Source of the DNA: Myxococcota bacterium
GTDB taxonomy: Bacteria; Myxococcota_A; UBA9160; UBA6930
Assembly (NCBI GenBank): GCA_965223705.1
Contig: OZ245015.1
Span: 3,424,001 to 3,488,000 of the forward strand
Direction: 5' to 3'
DNA: 64,000 nt
The notes under the pieces were generated by a model. It saw nothing but the letters and a program-made list of their open reading frames with translations. It was not told the origin of the DNA and ran no database searches. A program made the translations under genes and the position numbers. Position 1 is the first letter of the stretch, and each line of letters starts with the position of its first letter. Shown in pieces: positions 18,622-28,219 of this stretch.

Positions 18622-19910
18622 TACGCACGCCCCGCTTCGGCATCCATGAGGTCTTCGTACAAGGCCAAAGCTCGATCTCGAGCGGCGGGCACGTGGTAGT
18701 CGGGGAATATCTCGTCGCCCGGCTTGAATTCTTTGAGCACTTCACGGGCAACCGTAACTTTGTGGACCTCGGTCGGGCCGTCCGCGAGCCCGATGTGGAA
18801 GGAGTTGATCACCCAATCGGCGAACGGCATTTCCGTGCTGATACCGAGGGAGCCGTGCAAGTGCAACGCGCGTGAGGCGATGTCGTTCAGCACCTTGGGC
18901 ATCGTCGCCTTGACCGCAGCGATGTGTTTTCGCACCGCCCTGTAATCGTGGCCCTGATCGATCAACCAGGCAGTCTCCAGCACCATCAACCGAAACTGGC
19001 GCAGCTGAATCCACGAATCGGCGATTTTCTCCTGGACCATTTGCTTCCTCGCGAGTTGCTCGCCTTTCGTGGTGCGCGACAGCACCCGTTCGCACATCAT
19101 TTCGAGCGCGCGCTTCGATTGCGCCACCGTCCGCATCGCGTGGTGTAGGCGCCCACCGCCCAGGCGGACCTGAGCGACGACGAAGGCATCGCCGCGTTCG
19201 CCCAGCATGTTTTCGTGGGGCACCCGGACCTGGTTGTATCTCATGTACGCGTGTGTCGACTCGGGTTCGCCATAAAACGTCAGGTTGCGATCGATCTCGA
19301 CACCGGGTGTGTCCGCCGGAACGATGAACATCGACATCCGCCGGTACGGCTCGGCCTCTGGGTCGGTCACAGCCATCACGATGAAAAACGAGGCGTAGCG
19401 GGCATTGGACGAAAACCATTTTTCGCCGTCGATCACCCACTCGTCTCCGTCACGATGAGCACTCGTTTTAAACACCAGAGGGTCGGCGCCACCCTGCGGT
19501 TCGGTCATCGAAAAACAGGACACGATCCGATTGTCGAGCAGGGGCTCTAGGAAAACCCGCTTCTGTTCGGGCGTCCCGTAATGCGACAGAATCTCCGCGT
19601 TGCCCGTGTCCGGCGCCTGCGCTCCGAAGACGATGGGGCCGAAGCGCGACTGGCCGAACAGCTCGTTCATCAGTGCGAGCTTGACCTGGCCGTAACCACG
19701 CCCGCCGAGTTCGGGCCCGAGGTGGCAAGCCCATAGACCGCGCTCCTTGACCTCCGCCTGCAGCGGGCGTACGAGCTTCTCGAACCGAGGGTCGTGGATA
19801 TTCCACTGGCTGCCGAGAATGTGGTCGAGCGGCTCGACCCGCTCCCGCACGAACAGATCGATCCAGTCGAGTTGCTTTTGGAATTCGGGTTCCGTCGAAA
19901 AATCCCACAT
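18621..19910 (-). CDS. Acyl-CoA dehydrogenase (FadE1/FadE2, ACAD10/11-like)
   Basis: 'QAPDTGNAEIL', 'FSMTEP', 'GEKWFSSN', 'RLGGGRLHH', 'ADGPTEVH'. Confidence 0.93.
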   Translation of the reverse strand: MWDFSTEPEFQKQLDWIDLFVRERVEPLDHILGSQWNIHDPRFEKLVRPLQAEVKERGLWACHLGPELGGRGYGQVKLALMNELFGQSRFGPIVFGAQAPDTGNAEILSHYGTPEQKRVFLEPLLDNRIVSCFSMTEPQGGADPLVFKTSAHRDGDEWVIDGEKWFSSNARYASFFIVMAVTDPEAEPYRRMSMFIVPADTPGVEIDRNLTFYGEPESTHAYMRYNQVRVPHENMLGERGDAFVVAQVRLGGGRLHHAMRTVAQSKRALEMMCERVLSRTTKGEQLARKQMVQEKIADSWIQLRQFRLMVLETAWLIDQGHDYRAVRKHIAAVKATMPKVLNDIASRALHLHGSLGISTEMPFADWVINSFHIGLADGPTEVHKVTVAREVLKEFKPGDEIFPDYHVPAARDRALALYEDLMDAEAGRA

Positions 19911-20019
19911 AGTCCTTCTTCACCTCGAGTGAGTCGTGAGAGTCTAACAAGCGCGCGAGAGTCGTGAGCGAGGGGTGTTACAGTGGCGCCGCCCCCACGA
20001 CTCGAACTCGGAGACCAAA

Positions 20020-20589
20020 GTGCCACAGCCCGAGACGCCCGAACCGGTTGCGCGATTCGTCGAACGGGTAACGCAGTCGCTCGAAAGCTCAAAAGCCGAG
20101 GAGAAGTTCCTGCCCCGAATTGGCGAAGCCATGCAAGCATTGGTTTCGACCGATGACTGGCTCCCCGAGGATCTCGCCCGACCGCACCCACAGCACTACC
20201 AGCAATACCTGATCTACGCAGCGCCGGACGACCGGTTCTCTCTGGTCAGCTTCGTATGGGGGCCCGGCCAAGAAACGCCGATTCACGATCACACCGTCTG
20301 GGGCGTAATCGGGGTCCTGCGCGGCGCCGAGATCTCGCAACGCTACGAGATCTCGGTCGACGGGGTCCCTTGCGCGACGGGTGACGCTGTCGAACTCGCG
20401 CCCGGTGCCGTCGAGTTCGTTTCACCGCGGGTCGGCGACGTGCACAAAGTCAGAAATCCGCGGAGTGCACCTTCGATCAGCATTCACGCCTACGGCGCCA
20501 ACATCGGCAAGGTGCGGCGCCACGTATTCCCGCCCGAGGGCGGCGCTCCGAAGCTATTCGTCTCGGGGTATACAAACGGCGATCACTAG
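20020..20589 (+). CDS. Gln-type cysteine dioxygenase family (3-mercaptopropionate dioxygenase-like)
   Basis: 'HYQQYLIY', 'FVWGPGQETPIHDHTVWG', 'DVHKV', 'SIHAYGANIG'. GTG 20020 follows GGAG. Confidence 0.9.
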   Translation: MPQPETPEPVARFVERVTQSLESSKAEEKFLPRIGEAMQALVSTDDWLPEDLARPHPQHYQQYLIYAAPDDRFSLVSFVWGPGQETPIHDHTVWGVIGVLRGAEISQRYEISVDGVPCATGDAVELAPGAVEFVSPRVGDVHKVRNPRSAPSISIHAYGANIGKVRRHVFPPEGGAPKLFVSGYTNGDH

Positions 20590-20601
20590 CCTGGATTCCC
20601 G

Positions 20602-22191
20602 ATGAACGTACGTGACTACGCGTGGGTCCGTTCGAAGCTGTTGCGGCGGGAAGAAATCGCATTCCTCGACGTACGAGAGGAAGCGCGCCACGCAGAGGGA
20701 CACCCCCTGTTCGCCGCGAACCTTCCCGCCACCCGTATCGAGCTCGACGCGTACACCAAGCTGCCGCGTCGCGATGCTCCAATCGTGACATTCGACGCTG
20801 GCGAGGGGCTCGCAGAGACGGCTGGCGAGCGCCTCGAGAACCTCGGATACGCCGATGTCAGTGTGTTCCGAGACGGACTCGAAGGCTGGAAGGCTGCCGG
20901 GGGCGAGGTGTTCATCGATGTCAATGTGCCGAGCAAAGCCTTTGGCGAGCTGATGGAATCCGTCTGCCGTACGCCTTCGTATTCGGCGGAGGAAGTTCAG
21001 GCGCTGATCGACGCCGGAGAAGACATCGTCATCGTCGATGTGCGCCGGTTCGACGAGTATCAGACGATGTGCATCCCCACGGCGATCCATGTGCCCGGAG
21101 CGGAGGTCGTGTTGCGGGCGCCCGAGTTCGCTCCTCGCCCGGATACCCGGGTCGTCGTCAACTGTGCCGGGAGAACCCGCAGCTTGATCGGCTGCCAATC
21201 GCTCATTCACGCCCAGATCCCGAACCCCGTTGTGGCGCTGCGCAACGGAACGATCGGGTGGACCCTAGCGGGCCAGTCGTTGGACTTCGGACAAGCACGA
21301 ACTTCCGTCGCCTCGTTGCCAGAAACATCGAAAGAAGTCGCGCGTCGCCGCGCCCGGGCTGTGGCGGACCGGGCTTCCGTAAAACGCGTCGACACGGAAA
21401 CCCTCGCGCGCTGGTCTCAGCAGGAGGGCCGCACGACCTACGCTTTCGATGTCCGCACCGAAACGGAATACGCGGACGGCCACGTTCCGGGGTTCCTCTC
21501 GGTCCCCGGTGGTCAACTCGTCCAGGAGACGGAGATGTACGCCCCCGTCCGAGGCGCGCGAATCGCACTGGCCGACGATGACGGCGTGCGCGCCAACATG
21601 TCGGCCTCGTGGCTCGCCCAGATGGCCTGGGACGTCTACGTCGTCGATGGCCTGCAAGCGTTGGATTTCAGCGAAGAGGGTCCGTGGGTCCCACCTCTTC
21701 CGCCGCTGCCCAACAACCGCAGAGTCACCCCCGACGCGGCACGTGAGTGGCTACTCGCGTGCGAAGCGACCGTCGTGGATGTCGCAAAGTTCGCTGAGTT
21801 CAGGACCGGCCACGTTCCGGGCGCGTGGTACATGCTCCGTTCCGAACTCTCCAAAGCCGTCCCGCTGCTCCCGAACACTCCGCGCTATGTCGTAACGAGC
21901 GGCGATGGCCTATTGGCAGAGCTCGTCGCTCCGGAACTCGCCCCACGGGTCGAGGGTGAGGTCAACGTGCTGGAAGGCGGAACCTCCGCGTGGGCGCAGG
22001 CGGGCCATCCTTTGGAATCCGGTGAGGTCCACTTGGCTTCCTCGCCCATCGACCGCTACCGGAGACCCTACGAGGGAACCGACGCGAGTCCCGAAGCGAT
22101 GCAGGCGTATCTCGATTGGGAGTTCGGGCTCATCGAGCAACTCGAGCGCGACGGAACCCATCACTTCAAACCCATGCCGCCCGCGAGATGA
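20602..22191 (+). CDS. Multi-domain (four-domain) rhodanese-related sulfurtransferase
   Basis: Repeated 'DVR..E...GH.PG' modules, active loop 'NCAGRTRS', C-terminal 'RYRRPYEG...MQAYLDWE'. Confidence 0.9.
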   Translation: MNVRDYAWVRSKLLRREEIAFLDVREEARHAEGHPLFAANLPATRIELDAYTKLPRRDAPIVTFDAGEGLAETAGERLENLGYADVSVFRDGLEGWKAAGGEVFIDVNVPSKAFGELMESVCRTPSYSAEEVQALIDAGEDIVIVDVRRFDEYQTMCIPTAIHVPGAEVVLRAPEFAPRPDTRVVVNCAGRTRSLIGCQSLIHAQIPNPVVALRNGTIGWTLAGQSLDFGQARTSVASLPETSKEVARRRARAVADRASVKRVDTETLARWSQQEGRTTYAFDVRTETEYADGHVPGFLSVPGGQLVQETEMYAPVRGARIALADDDGVRANMSASWLAQMAWDVYVVDGLQALDFSEEGPWVPPLPPLPNNRRVTPDAAREWLLACEATVVDVAKFAEFRTGHVPGAWYMLRSELSKAVPLLPNTPRYVVTSGDGLLAELVAPELAPRVEGEVNVLEGGTSAWAQAGHPLESGEVHLASSPIDRYRRPYEGTDASPEAMQAYLDWEFGLIEQLERDGTHHFKPMPPAR

Positions 22192-22206
22192 CACACGGAG
22201 GATCGT

Positions 22207-22698
22207 ATGCCCGGTTCGCTTACCACACAGGATCAGCTTGACATTGCCCACACCATTCAAGAGGTAGCGAGGGCTTTTGACGAAAAGCTGCATCACGAGC
22301 TGTTGCCGACAGTATTCACCGACGACGCGAGCGTCTTGTACCGCCTACGCGGACAACGCTTCGACTTTTCCATGCCGGAAGGTCCCGGCAAAGTGAAATC
22401 CTTCCACGATCTCTGTTACTGGACCCAACACCTGGTGTCGCCTCATGTCCTCTCGATCGACGGCGACCGCGCGACTGCCAGAACGCCGGTGCATGCCCTG
22501 CATCTACAGGTTCGAAACGACGGCTCACACAACCAATGGGTCATCGGCGCCGTCTACCACGACGAACTCGTGCGCCGAGACAACCGGTGGCGAATCGCCA
22601 AGCGCCTCGCGCTCTGTCCTTACGTGGAAGGCGACTTGCTGACCCGCGGCGTCCGGTCCTTCCCGAACTTGCCGGATCTCGATCGCGAAACGATTTAG
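22207..22698 (+). CDS. NTF2-like / SnoaL_4 protein
   Basis: 'VFTDDA', 'TQHLVS', 'IDGDRATAR', 'YHDELVRRDNRWRIAKR'. Confidence 0.85.
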   Translation: MPGSLTTQDQLDIAHTIQEVARAFDEKLHHELLPTVFTDDASVLYRLRGQRFDFSMPEGPGKVKSFHDLCYWTQHLVSPHVLSIDGDRATARTPVHALHLQVRNDGSHNQWVIGAVYHDELVRRDNRWRIAKRLALCPYVEGDLLTRGVRSFPNLPDLDRETI

Positions 22699-22711
22699 CT
22701 CCTCGTCGGCC

Positions 22712-23224
22712 CTAGGGCAGGCGGATTTCGAGGAGCAACCATCGATTCGAATCGTCGAGGGGCTCTGCGCGGATGGCTCGAGTCGGGCGCACAGTCAGCT
22801 CCCTCCGGGCTTCGGTGATCCGTTGAACGACGTCTCCTCGCTCATTCTGGTGGACGAGCTCAACGCGAAGCTCACGACGGGGTCGCTCCTGAAGGACGGT
22901 GATGGCGAGTTCTCCATCCGGGAGAGCCAATCGGAGCTTCTGATCGAAGGTTGTGCCGCGGTCGATGGACGCTATGTGCTCGACTTCGCGCGCCTCGGCC
23001 AGTTCTGAAAGGCGTTCGAAGCGGGCGCGCTCGGTGGCTTCCGCGAGCTCCTCGCCCAGCTCAAGCGCGACGTCGAGGATCTGCGCTTTCACGATCAGCG
23101 ATCGCGCTCCGGGTTTTCCGATAGGGATCCGGTACTGCGTATAGCCCGGCTGGGAGACAAGCCCCGCGGAAGCAACCACAAGCAGGGCGAAGGCGGACGG
23201 AAGCCAGCGAAAGAGACGGAACAT
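22712..23224 (-). CDS. Hypothetical exported protein
   Basis: ATG 23224 follows AAAGGAG. Sec-like signal 'MFRLFRWLPSAFALLVVASAGL'. No family recognised. Confidence 0.55.
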   Translation of the reverse strand: MFRLFRWLPSAFALLVVASAGLVSQPGYTQYRIPIGKPGARSLIVKAQILDVALELGEELAEATERARFERLSELAEAREVEHIASIDRGTTFDQKLRLALPDGELAITVLQERPRRELRVELVHQNERGDVVQRITEARRELTVRPTRAIRAEPLDDSNRWLLLEIRLP

Positions 23225-23332
23225 CGGAGCTCCTTTTCGTTGCCCATTCTGACGCCGGAGGCTCGCTAGAAGTTCACCACGACGAGGCTCTCGACTTCGA
23301 TAACATGCGGGCTGCCTGCGGAGGAGGATCAC

Positions 23333-23770
23333 ATGGGTGAGCCGACGATGGCCTACAGCGGCCGTTGCTACAGCAGCGGCATTACCGGGCGTTCCATCTG
23401 TAACGCACGACACCACCACTTTGTGAGCGACGATACCGGCGGCGATGCGGTCGGCGCGGGCGAGCTGTTCTGCGCAGGGCTCTCCGCCTGCGCAGTGAAT
23501 CTCACCGAACGGATCGCGCGCACTGAAGAGCGTCCGCTCCACAGTATGGACGTCACGGTCAGCGCGTGGCGCGATATGGAAAAGGTCCCGAGCGACCTCA
23601 CCCTGTATGACGCCATCCGGATCGAGATCGAGCTCTGGGGCGTTACCGACAAGGACGCGGAGTACCTGGTAGAAACCTGGAAGTCTCGCTGACCCATCTA
23701 CGGCTCAGTCGCGGTCGCGACTGCAGAGACAACCGTCAAAGTCGTTTCACATCAGCAAGAGCGGCCCTAG
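23333..23770 (+). CDS. OsmC/Ohr-family protein, probable selenoprotein (Sec at TGA 23690-23692)
   Basis: 'AGELFCAGLSAC' carries the first OsmC Cys. Read-through gives 'WKSR-U-PIYGSV', matching the second-Cys 'CP(I/V)' motif. The frame continues to TAG 23768-23770. SECIS-like hairpin downstream. Confidence 0.85.
23704..23726 (+). promoter_or_regulatory. Putative bacterial SECIS element (OsmC)
   Basis: CT-CAGTCGC-GGTC-GCGACTG-c-AG hairpin starting after an 11-nt spacer from UGA. The GGUC apical loop resembles E. coli fdhF. Confidence 0.75.
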
Positions 23771-23784
23771 CCGAAAGGAATCCC

Positions 23785-24984
23785 ATGCCTGCACCGAGTT
23801 TCATTGCGAGCGCTCCGGAAGAGGTCGGGCTCGACTCCGAAAAGATTGCGGCGCTCTTCGCACGCGCCGAGCGAGACGTTGCGGAAGGGCTCCTCCCGGC
23901 CGTCCAAGTGGCGATCGCGCGAAACGGGAAGATCGGTGCGATGCGCACGTTTGGATCCGCGGTGCAGGACGGTGAAGAGCGCACCGCCGATGACGAGACA
24001 AACTTCGTCGCGATGTCGGCCACGAAGGCCGTGGTCGCCTCCGCCGCGTGGATCCTGATGCAGGAGGGAAAGCTCAGCCAGAAAGATCGCGTCGTCGACT
24101 ATCTGCCGGAGTACGGGAGCTTCGATAAGGCCGCGACGACGCTCGAGCACCTGCTCGCCCACACCGCGGGGATTCCCTTTGCGCGGCATCGAACCGATGA
24201 TTGGGGTGATCCGCAGAAGCTCCGGCAACGCTTCGCGGACTGGCAACTGGAGCATCCGCCCGGAGAGCAGTTTCGCTACCACCTCGCCGCAAATTTTCTT
24301 CCGATCGCGATGATCGTCGAGCAGATCAGCGGGCAGCCCCTAGCCGAGTTCATTCGGACGCGGATCGCCGAGCCACTCGGCTTGCCGGGTCTGCGCCTCG
24401 GTCTTCGGTCGCAGGACGACGTACGGGTCGCGGACCTCGTGTGGGTGGGAACGAGCCTCACCTCCGAGGACTACGAAGCGATGGGAATTCCAGGCAATCC
24501 TGTGATCGCCGCGATCGACGAAAAGCTGGTGCTCGAGTTCAACGAACGTCCCATTCGAGAGCTCGGTTATCCCGCTGGCGGGCTCATCACCACGGCGGGC
24601 GACCTCGCCCTGTTCTACCAGGCACTCCTGGCCGATGGCTTGGCACACGACGGAACCGAGGTCTGGCGCAAAGAGACGTTGGTCGATGCCAGGCGGATTC
24701 GGACGGGGGACTTGCGGGATCCGGTGATCGGGTGCCGCGCCAACCGCGGCCTCGGCATCGTGATTGCCGGCGACGACGGCCAGGCCAACATGCGGAGCTT
24801 CGGGCGCACCAACTCGCCCGAGTCGTTCGGACACCCGGGATTCGGAGGCCAGTGCGCCTGGGCCGACCCCGCGACGGGAATCTCGTTCGGGTACTTGACG
24901 AACGGCTACGACCGCAACGAGATCCGAATGGCGCGCCGCCAGGTCGCGGTCTCGAGCTTGGCGGCGTCTTGCGCGCCTTACTGA
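23785..24984 (+). CDS. Serine hydrolase, beta-lactamase (family VIII esterase) fold
   Basis: SxxK 'MSATK', 'LLAHTAG', 'PGEQFRYH', 'FGHPGFGG..AWADP'. Confidence 0.9.
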   Translation: MPAPSFIASAPEEVGLDSEKIAALFARAERDVAEGLLPAVQVAIARNGKIGAMRTFGSAVQDGEERTADDETNFVAMSATKAVVASAAWILMQEGKLSQKDRVVDYLPEYGSFDKAATTLEHLLAHTAGIPFARHRTDDWGDPQKLRQRFADWQLEHPPGEQFRYHLAANFLPIAMIVEQISGQPLAEFIRTRIAEPLGLPGLRLGLRSQDDVRVADLVWVGTSLTSEDYEAMGIPGNPVIAAIDEKLVLEFNERPIRELGYPAGGLITTAGDLALFYQALLADGLAHDGTEVWRKETLVDARRIRTGDLRDPVIGCRANRGLGIVIAGDDGQANMRSFGRTNSPESFGHPGFGGQCAWADPATGISFGYLTNGYDRNEIRMARRQVAVSSLAASCAPY

Positions 24985-24999
24985 GAGGTCGCGACGAGG

Positions 25000-25455
25000 T
25001 CAGCCCATCTCTTTTGATGCGGTGCGGTCCGACACCATGCGGACCCGGGCGCGCAGGTGTTGATACTTCCACTCACCGTCGATCTTGACGTAGTCGTCGT
25101 CGTAACGAGCGGTCATCCAGATAGCGCGATCGTCGGCGCTCCGGGTCCACGGGCCCATGATGTACCACACGCCAGTCGCAGATTCGCCGTCCACCTCGAT
25201 GATGGGGTTCATGATGTTGTGCTGCGAGAAGCTAAACGTGTCGCGAAACCCTTCGAATAGCTTTCGGATCTCCGCATGACCGCGCGCCTGGCCGAAGTCC
25301 GGGCTCTCCCAGACGCCGTCCTCCGCGAACAACGAGGTGATGCGGTCGGGGTTGTGCATGTCGTCACAGACGTCGCAGTAGCGAGCCTTCAACTGCTTGA
25401 TGGCCTCAATATCCTCGAGCCGCGTGATGCGGGCCGCGAGATTCACTTCGCTCAT
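25000..25455 (-). CDS. NTF2-like / SnoaL_4 (LinA/BaiE-like) protein
   Basis: 'LEDIEAIKQLKARYC..CD', 'SQHNIMNPIIEVDG', 'YDDDYVKIDGEWK'. Confidence 0.85.
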   Translation of the reverse strand: MSEVNLAARITRLEDIEAIKQLKARYCDVCDDMHNPDRITSLFAEDGVWESPDFGQARGHAEIRKLFEGFRDTFSFSQHNIMNPIIEVDGESATGVWYIMGPWTRSADDRAIWMTARYDDDYVKIDGEWKYQHLRARVRMVSDRTASKEMG

Positions 25456-25503
25456 ATTTCCGTGCCTCCCCTTCGGTAAGGCTAACACGCGCCGCAGCGC
25501 CGA

Positions 25504-27003
25504 TTACGACGCACGCCGAAGCGCATGCCCCGCACGCTCGGCGGTCAACACACCGTCCCTCACTGCCCATGTACCGTTCACGAAGACGTGAGCGATCCCG
25601 TCGGGGTAGCAGTTTGGATCCTCGAAGGTACCTCGATCGATGATGCGCTCGGAATCAAAGAGGACGAGGTCGGCGAACGCGCCCTCTTCCACGAGACCGC
25701 GGCCCTCCAAACCGAACTTCGCGGCGGAGAAACCCGTCATGCGGTGCACCGCCTCTTCGAGCGAGAGCAACCCGCGATCCCGCGCATAGTGGCCGACGAC
25801 CCGGGCGAAGCTGTTGTAAAGGCGCGGGTGAGGTCTTCCCTCGAGTGTGGGAACCCCGTCGGAGCCGATCATCGTCGCCGGGTGCCTCAGGACGGTTTCG
25901 ACGTCGGTCTCGCTCATCATATGGAGGACGACGGTCGTCCCGGGCGCCTCGCGCTCGATCCGGTGGGCCGCGTCGACTGCCGAAAGGCCGAAGGACTCCG
26001 CGAGGGACGCGATCGTCCGTCCTTCCCACTCCGGATGTCCAGTGGAGGCCGCGACCACAACGTCCTCGGGTCGCACCGCTCCGATCCCGGAACCGCTGGC
26101 TGCTTCCGAAAAGACGTCGTTCTGAATCACCGCGCGGAGTATTGTGCTCCCCGCAGTGTACGGGTACTGATCCGCGTGCACGCTCTCACCCCGCGCCTGC
26201 GCCGCCTCGATGAGCGCGAGTGCTTCGGACACGAGTCCCCAGTTCTCGCGTCCCGAGGCCTTCAGGTGGGAGATCTGCACGGGTATCCCGGCCGAGGCAC
26301 CGATGGCGATCGCTTCGCGAACCGAGCGCAGCAAGCCACTCGCCTCGTCCCTCATGTGGGTGGCGTAGAGGGCGCCGCTTCCTCGAAGCTCCGCAGCGAG
26401 CTCCGCGATCTCTTCGGTCTCGGCGTAGCGACCCGGTTCGTAGATCAAGCCCGTCGAAAGACCGAGCGCACCGGCCTCGACCGCTTCCCGCAACTGGGCC
26501 TTCATCGCGTCGAGCTCACGCCGCTCGGGCTGCCGCGGCTCTCGCCCGATCGCTGCCAGGCGCAACGTGCCGTGACCGGCGAGGACACCGATGTTCGCGC
26601 CGGGCCGCACTTCGGCGACCCGGTCGACGTAGCCGCGAAACCCGTCGAAGGGTTCGATGGCAATGCCCGGCGTCAGGGCCTCGGCGAGAGCGACCGCTTC
26701 GGCAAAGGGAGCGGGTCCGAAGCCGCAGTTTCCGACGATGCAGGTGGTGACGCCTCCGCGCAGCTTGAAGCCCATATCCGGATGCACCAAGGCGGCGAAG
26801 TCGTCATGCGTGTGGACGTCGATGAAACCGGGGGCGAGGGCGAGGCCACAAGCGTCGATCTCTTCGCGTGCCGTTGCGTTGCCGGGCGCGCCGACCGAAG
26901 CGATGCGTTCACCCGCAACTCCGACGTCGACTTCGCGAGACGGCCCGCCCGTGCCGTCGACGACCCGGGCTCCTCGAATCAAGACATCGAAGTGGGCGCC
27001 CAT
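25504..27003 (-). CDS. N-acyl-D-amino-acid deacylase (D-aminoacylase family)
   Basis: 'PGFIDVHTHDD', 'GNCG', 'THMRDE', 'SHLK', 'DQYPY', 'GSDG...HPR'. ATG 27003 follows GGAGG. Confidence 0.93.
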   Translation of the reverse strand: MGAHFDVLIRGARVVDGTGGPSREVDVGVAGERIASVGAPGNATAREEIDACGLALAPGFIDVHTHDDFAALVHPDMGFKLRGGVTTCIVGNCGFGPAPFAEAVALAEALTPGIAIEPFDGFRGYVDRVAEVRPGANIGVLAGHGTLRLAAIGREPRQPERRELDAMKAQLREAVEAGALGLSTGLIYEPGRYAETEEIAELAAELRGSGALYATHMRDEASGLLRSVREAIAIGASAGIPVQISHLKASGRENWGLVSEALALIEAAQARGESVHADQYPYTAGSTILRAVIQNDVFSEAASGSGIGAVRPEDVVVAASTGHPEWEGRTIASLAESFGLSAVDAAHRIEREAPGTTVVLHMMSETDVETVLRHPATMIGSDGVPTLEGRPHPRLYNSFARVVGHYARDRGLLSLEEAVHRMTGFSAAKFGLEGRGLVEEGAFADLVLFDSERIIDRGTFEDPNCYPDGIAHVFVNGTWAVRDGVLTAERAGHALRRAS

Positions 27004-27058
27004 GCCTCCGAGGGTACCCGAAGCCGAATGACGCGGTGGAATGCTCCGCCCTCCCCGG

Positions 27059-28084
27059 TCAGACGAGCCCGTGCGCGATGAGGCTTTCACCCGTATCGAC
27101 CACCATTTCCTCGAGACTGCGCGGCTTCCAGCCGAGGCGATCCCGGATCTTCGTGGTGTCGATGTCCTGACGTTTGCCGAGTTCGGGAACGACGAGCCGC
27201 ACGGTCTTGTCGAAGAGGGATGCCGCGCGGATCGCGAAGTTGGGGAGTCTTCGGGTCGGAACCTTGTAGCCGCGGTCGGCGAAGTTTCGGTTCAGGATCT
27301 CGACAATCTCTGCCATCCAGGTGTGTTCCCCGGCGCAGCAGAACCGCTCCCCGCCCGCGCCCGGAGCGGTCATCGCGGCGACATGGGCCGCCGCCACGTC
27401 TCGAACGTCGACGGTGGCGTAGCCGAGATTCGGTACGCCGGGGAACTCCCTCGCCATGAACTTTCGAACGGCTTCGGAGGACGTCGGCGGTGAGTCGCCC
27501 GTCAAGAGTGGCCCCAAGATGAGGCCGGGGTTGATCGTGGTGAGATCGAGACCGCACGTGTTCGCGAAATCCCACGCCGCGCGCTCGGCCAGAGTCTTGC
27601 TTTTTTCGTAGGGGGCGAGCCCTTCGACGATCGACCAATCGCCCTCGTCAAAGGTGCGGGACCCGTCGCGCGCATGGCCGTACACCACGGCTGCGAGGGA
27701 AGAGGTCATGACCACGCGTTGCGCGCCCGCCTCCGATGCCGCGCGAAGCACGCGGAGTGCTCCCTCGCGCGCCGGGACGATCAATTCATCCTCGTGGCGT
27801 GGGAGTTCCGCCGGGATGGGGGAAGCGATGTGGTGGACGAAGCGGCAACCGCGAACGGCGTCCGCCCACCCGTCGTCGCTCGAGAGGTCGGCGTCGACCA
27901 GTTCGAGCCGGTCGGCGACATCGGTATGGCGGGCCAGAGCCTCGCGCAGCGGTGCGGCGCGTTTTTGAGAGCGAAGCGTGCCGCGCACGCGGTACCCCTC
28001 CCTCAGCAGCGCGAGCGCTGTATGTAGGCCGACGAAACCGGAAATACCCGTGACGAGAACTGTGCTGTCCTGTTGCGCAGTCAT
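27059..28084 (-). CDS. NAD(P)-dependent epimerase/dehydratase (aldehyde reductase / DFR-like extended SDR)
   Basis: 'TGISGFVG', 'HIASP', 'TSS', 'YEKSKTLAERAAW', 'VDVRDVA'. Confidence 0.9.
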   Translation of the reverse strand: MTAQQDSTVLVTGISGFVGLHTALALLREGYRVRGTLRSQKRAAPLREALARHTDVADRLELVDADLSSDDGWADAVRGCRFVHHIASPIPAELPRHEDELIVPAREGALRVLRAASEAGAQRVVMTSSLAAVVYGHARDGSRTFDEGDWSIVEGLAPYEKSKTLAERAAWDFANTCGLDLTTINPGLILGPLLTGDSPPTSSEAVRKFMAREFPGVPNLGYATVDVRDVAAAHVAAMTAPGAGGERFCCAGEHTWMAEIVEILNRNFADRGYKVPTRRLPNFAIRAASLFDKTVRLVVPELGKRQDIDTTKIRDRLGWKPRSLEEMVVDTGESLIAHGLV

Positions 28085-28143
28085 GGAAATGACTCCTCCG
28101 GATGGGATGGATACAAAATGACGACTTCTGTAAGGTTGTAAAT

Positions 28144-28168
28144 CCACCTGACAGATCTTGTCAAGTGG
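28144..28168. promoter_or_regulatory. Putative TetR operator
   Basis: CCAC-c-TGACA-GATCT-TGTCA-a-GTGG imperfect 25-bp palindrome between the divergent reductase and TetR genes. Confidence 0.6.
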
Positions 28169-28219
28169 TAAAGTCCGAACGGGTCCGAGGTACCGAGAGC
28201 GGGAGTCGAAACGGCGGAG

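Noticed and set aside
18621..19910. ACAD as a 3-sulfinopropionyl-CoA desulfinase partner of the thiol dioxygenase
   Set aside because: Motifs fit the FadE1/ACAD10-11 type, and adjacency is the only support.
25525..27081. 518-aa ORF opposite the D-aminoacylase
   Set aside because: Antisense shadow with no recognisable domain.
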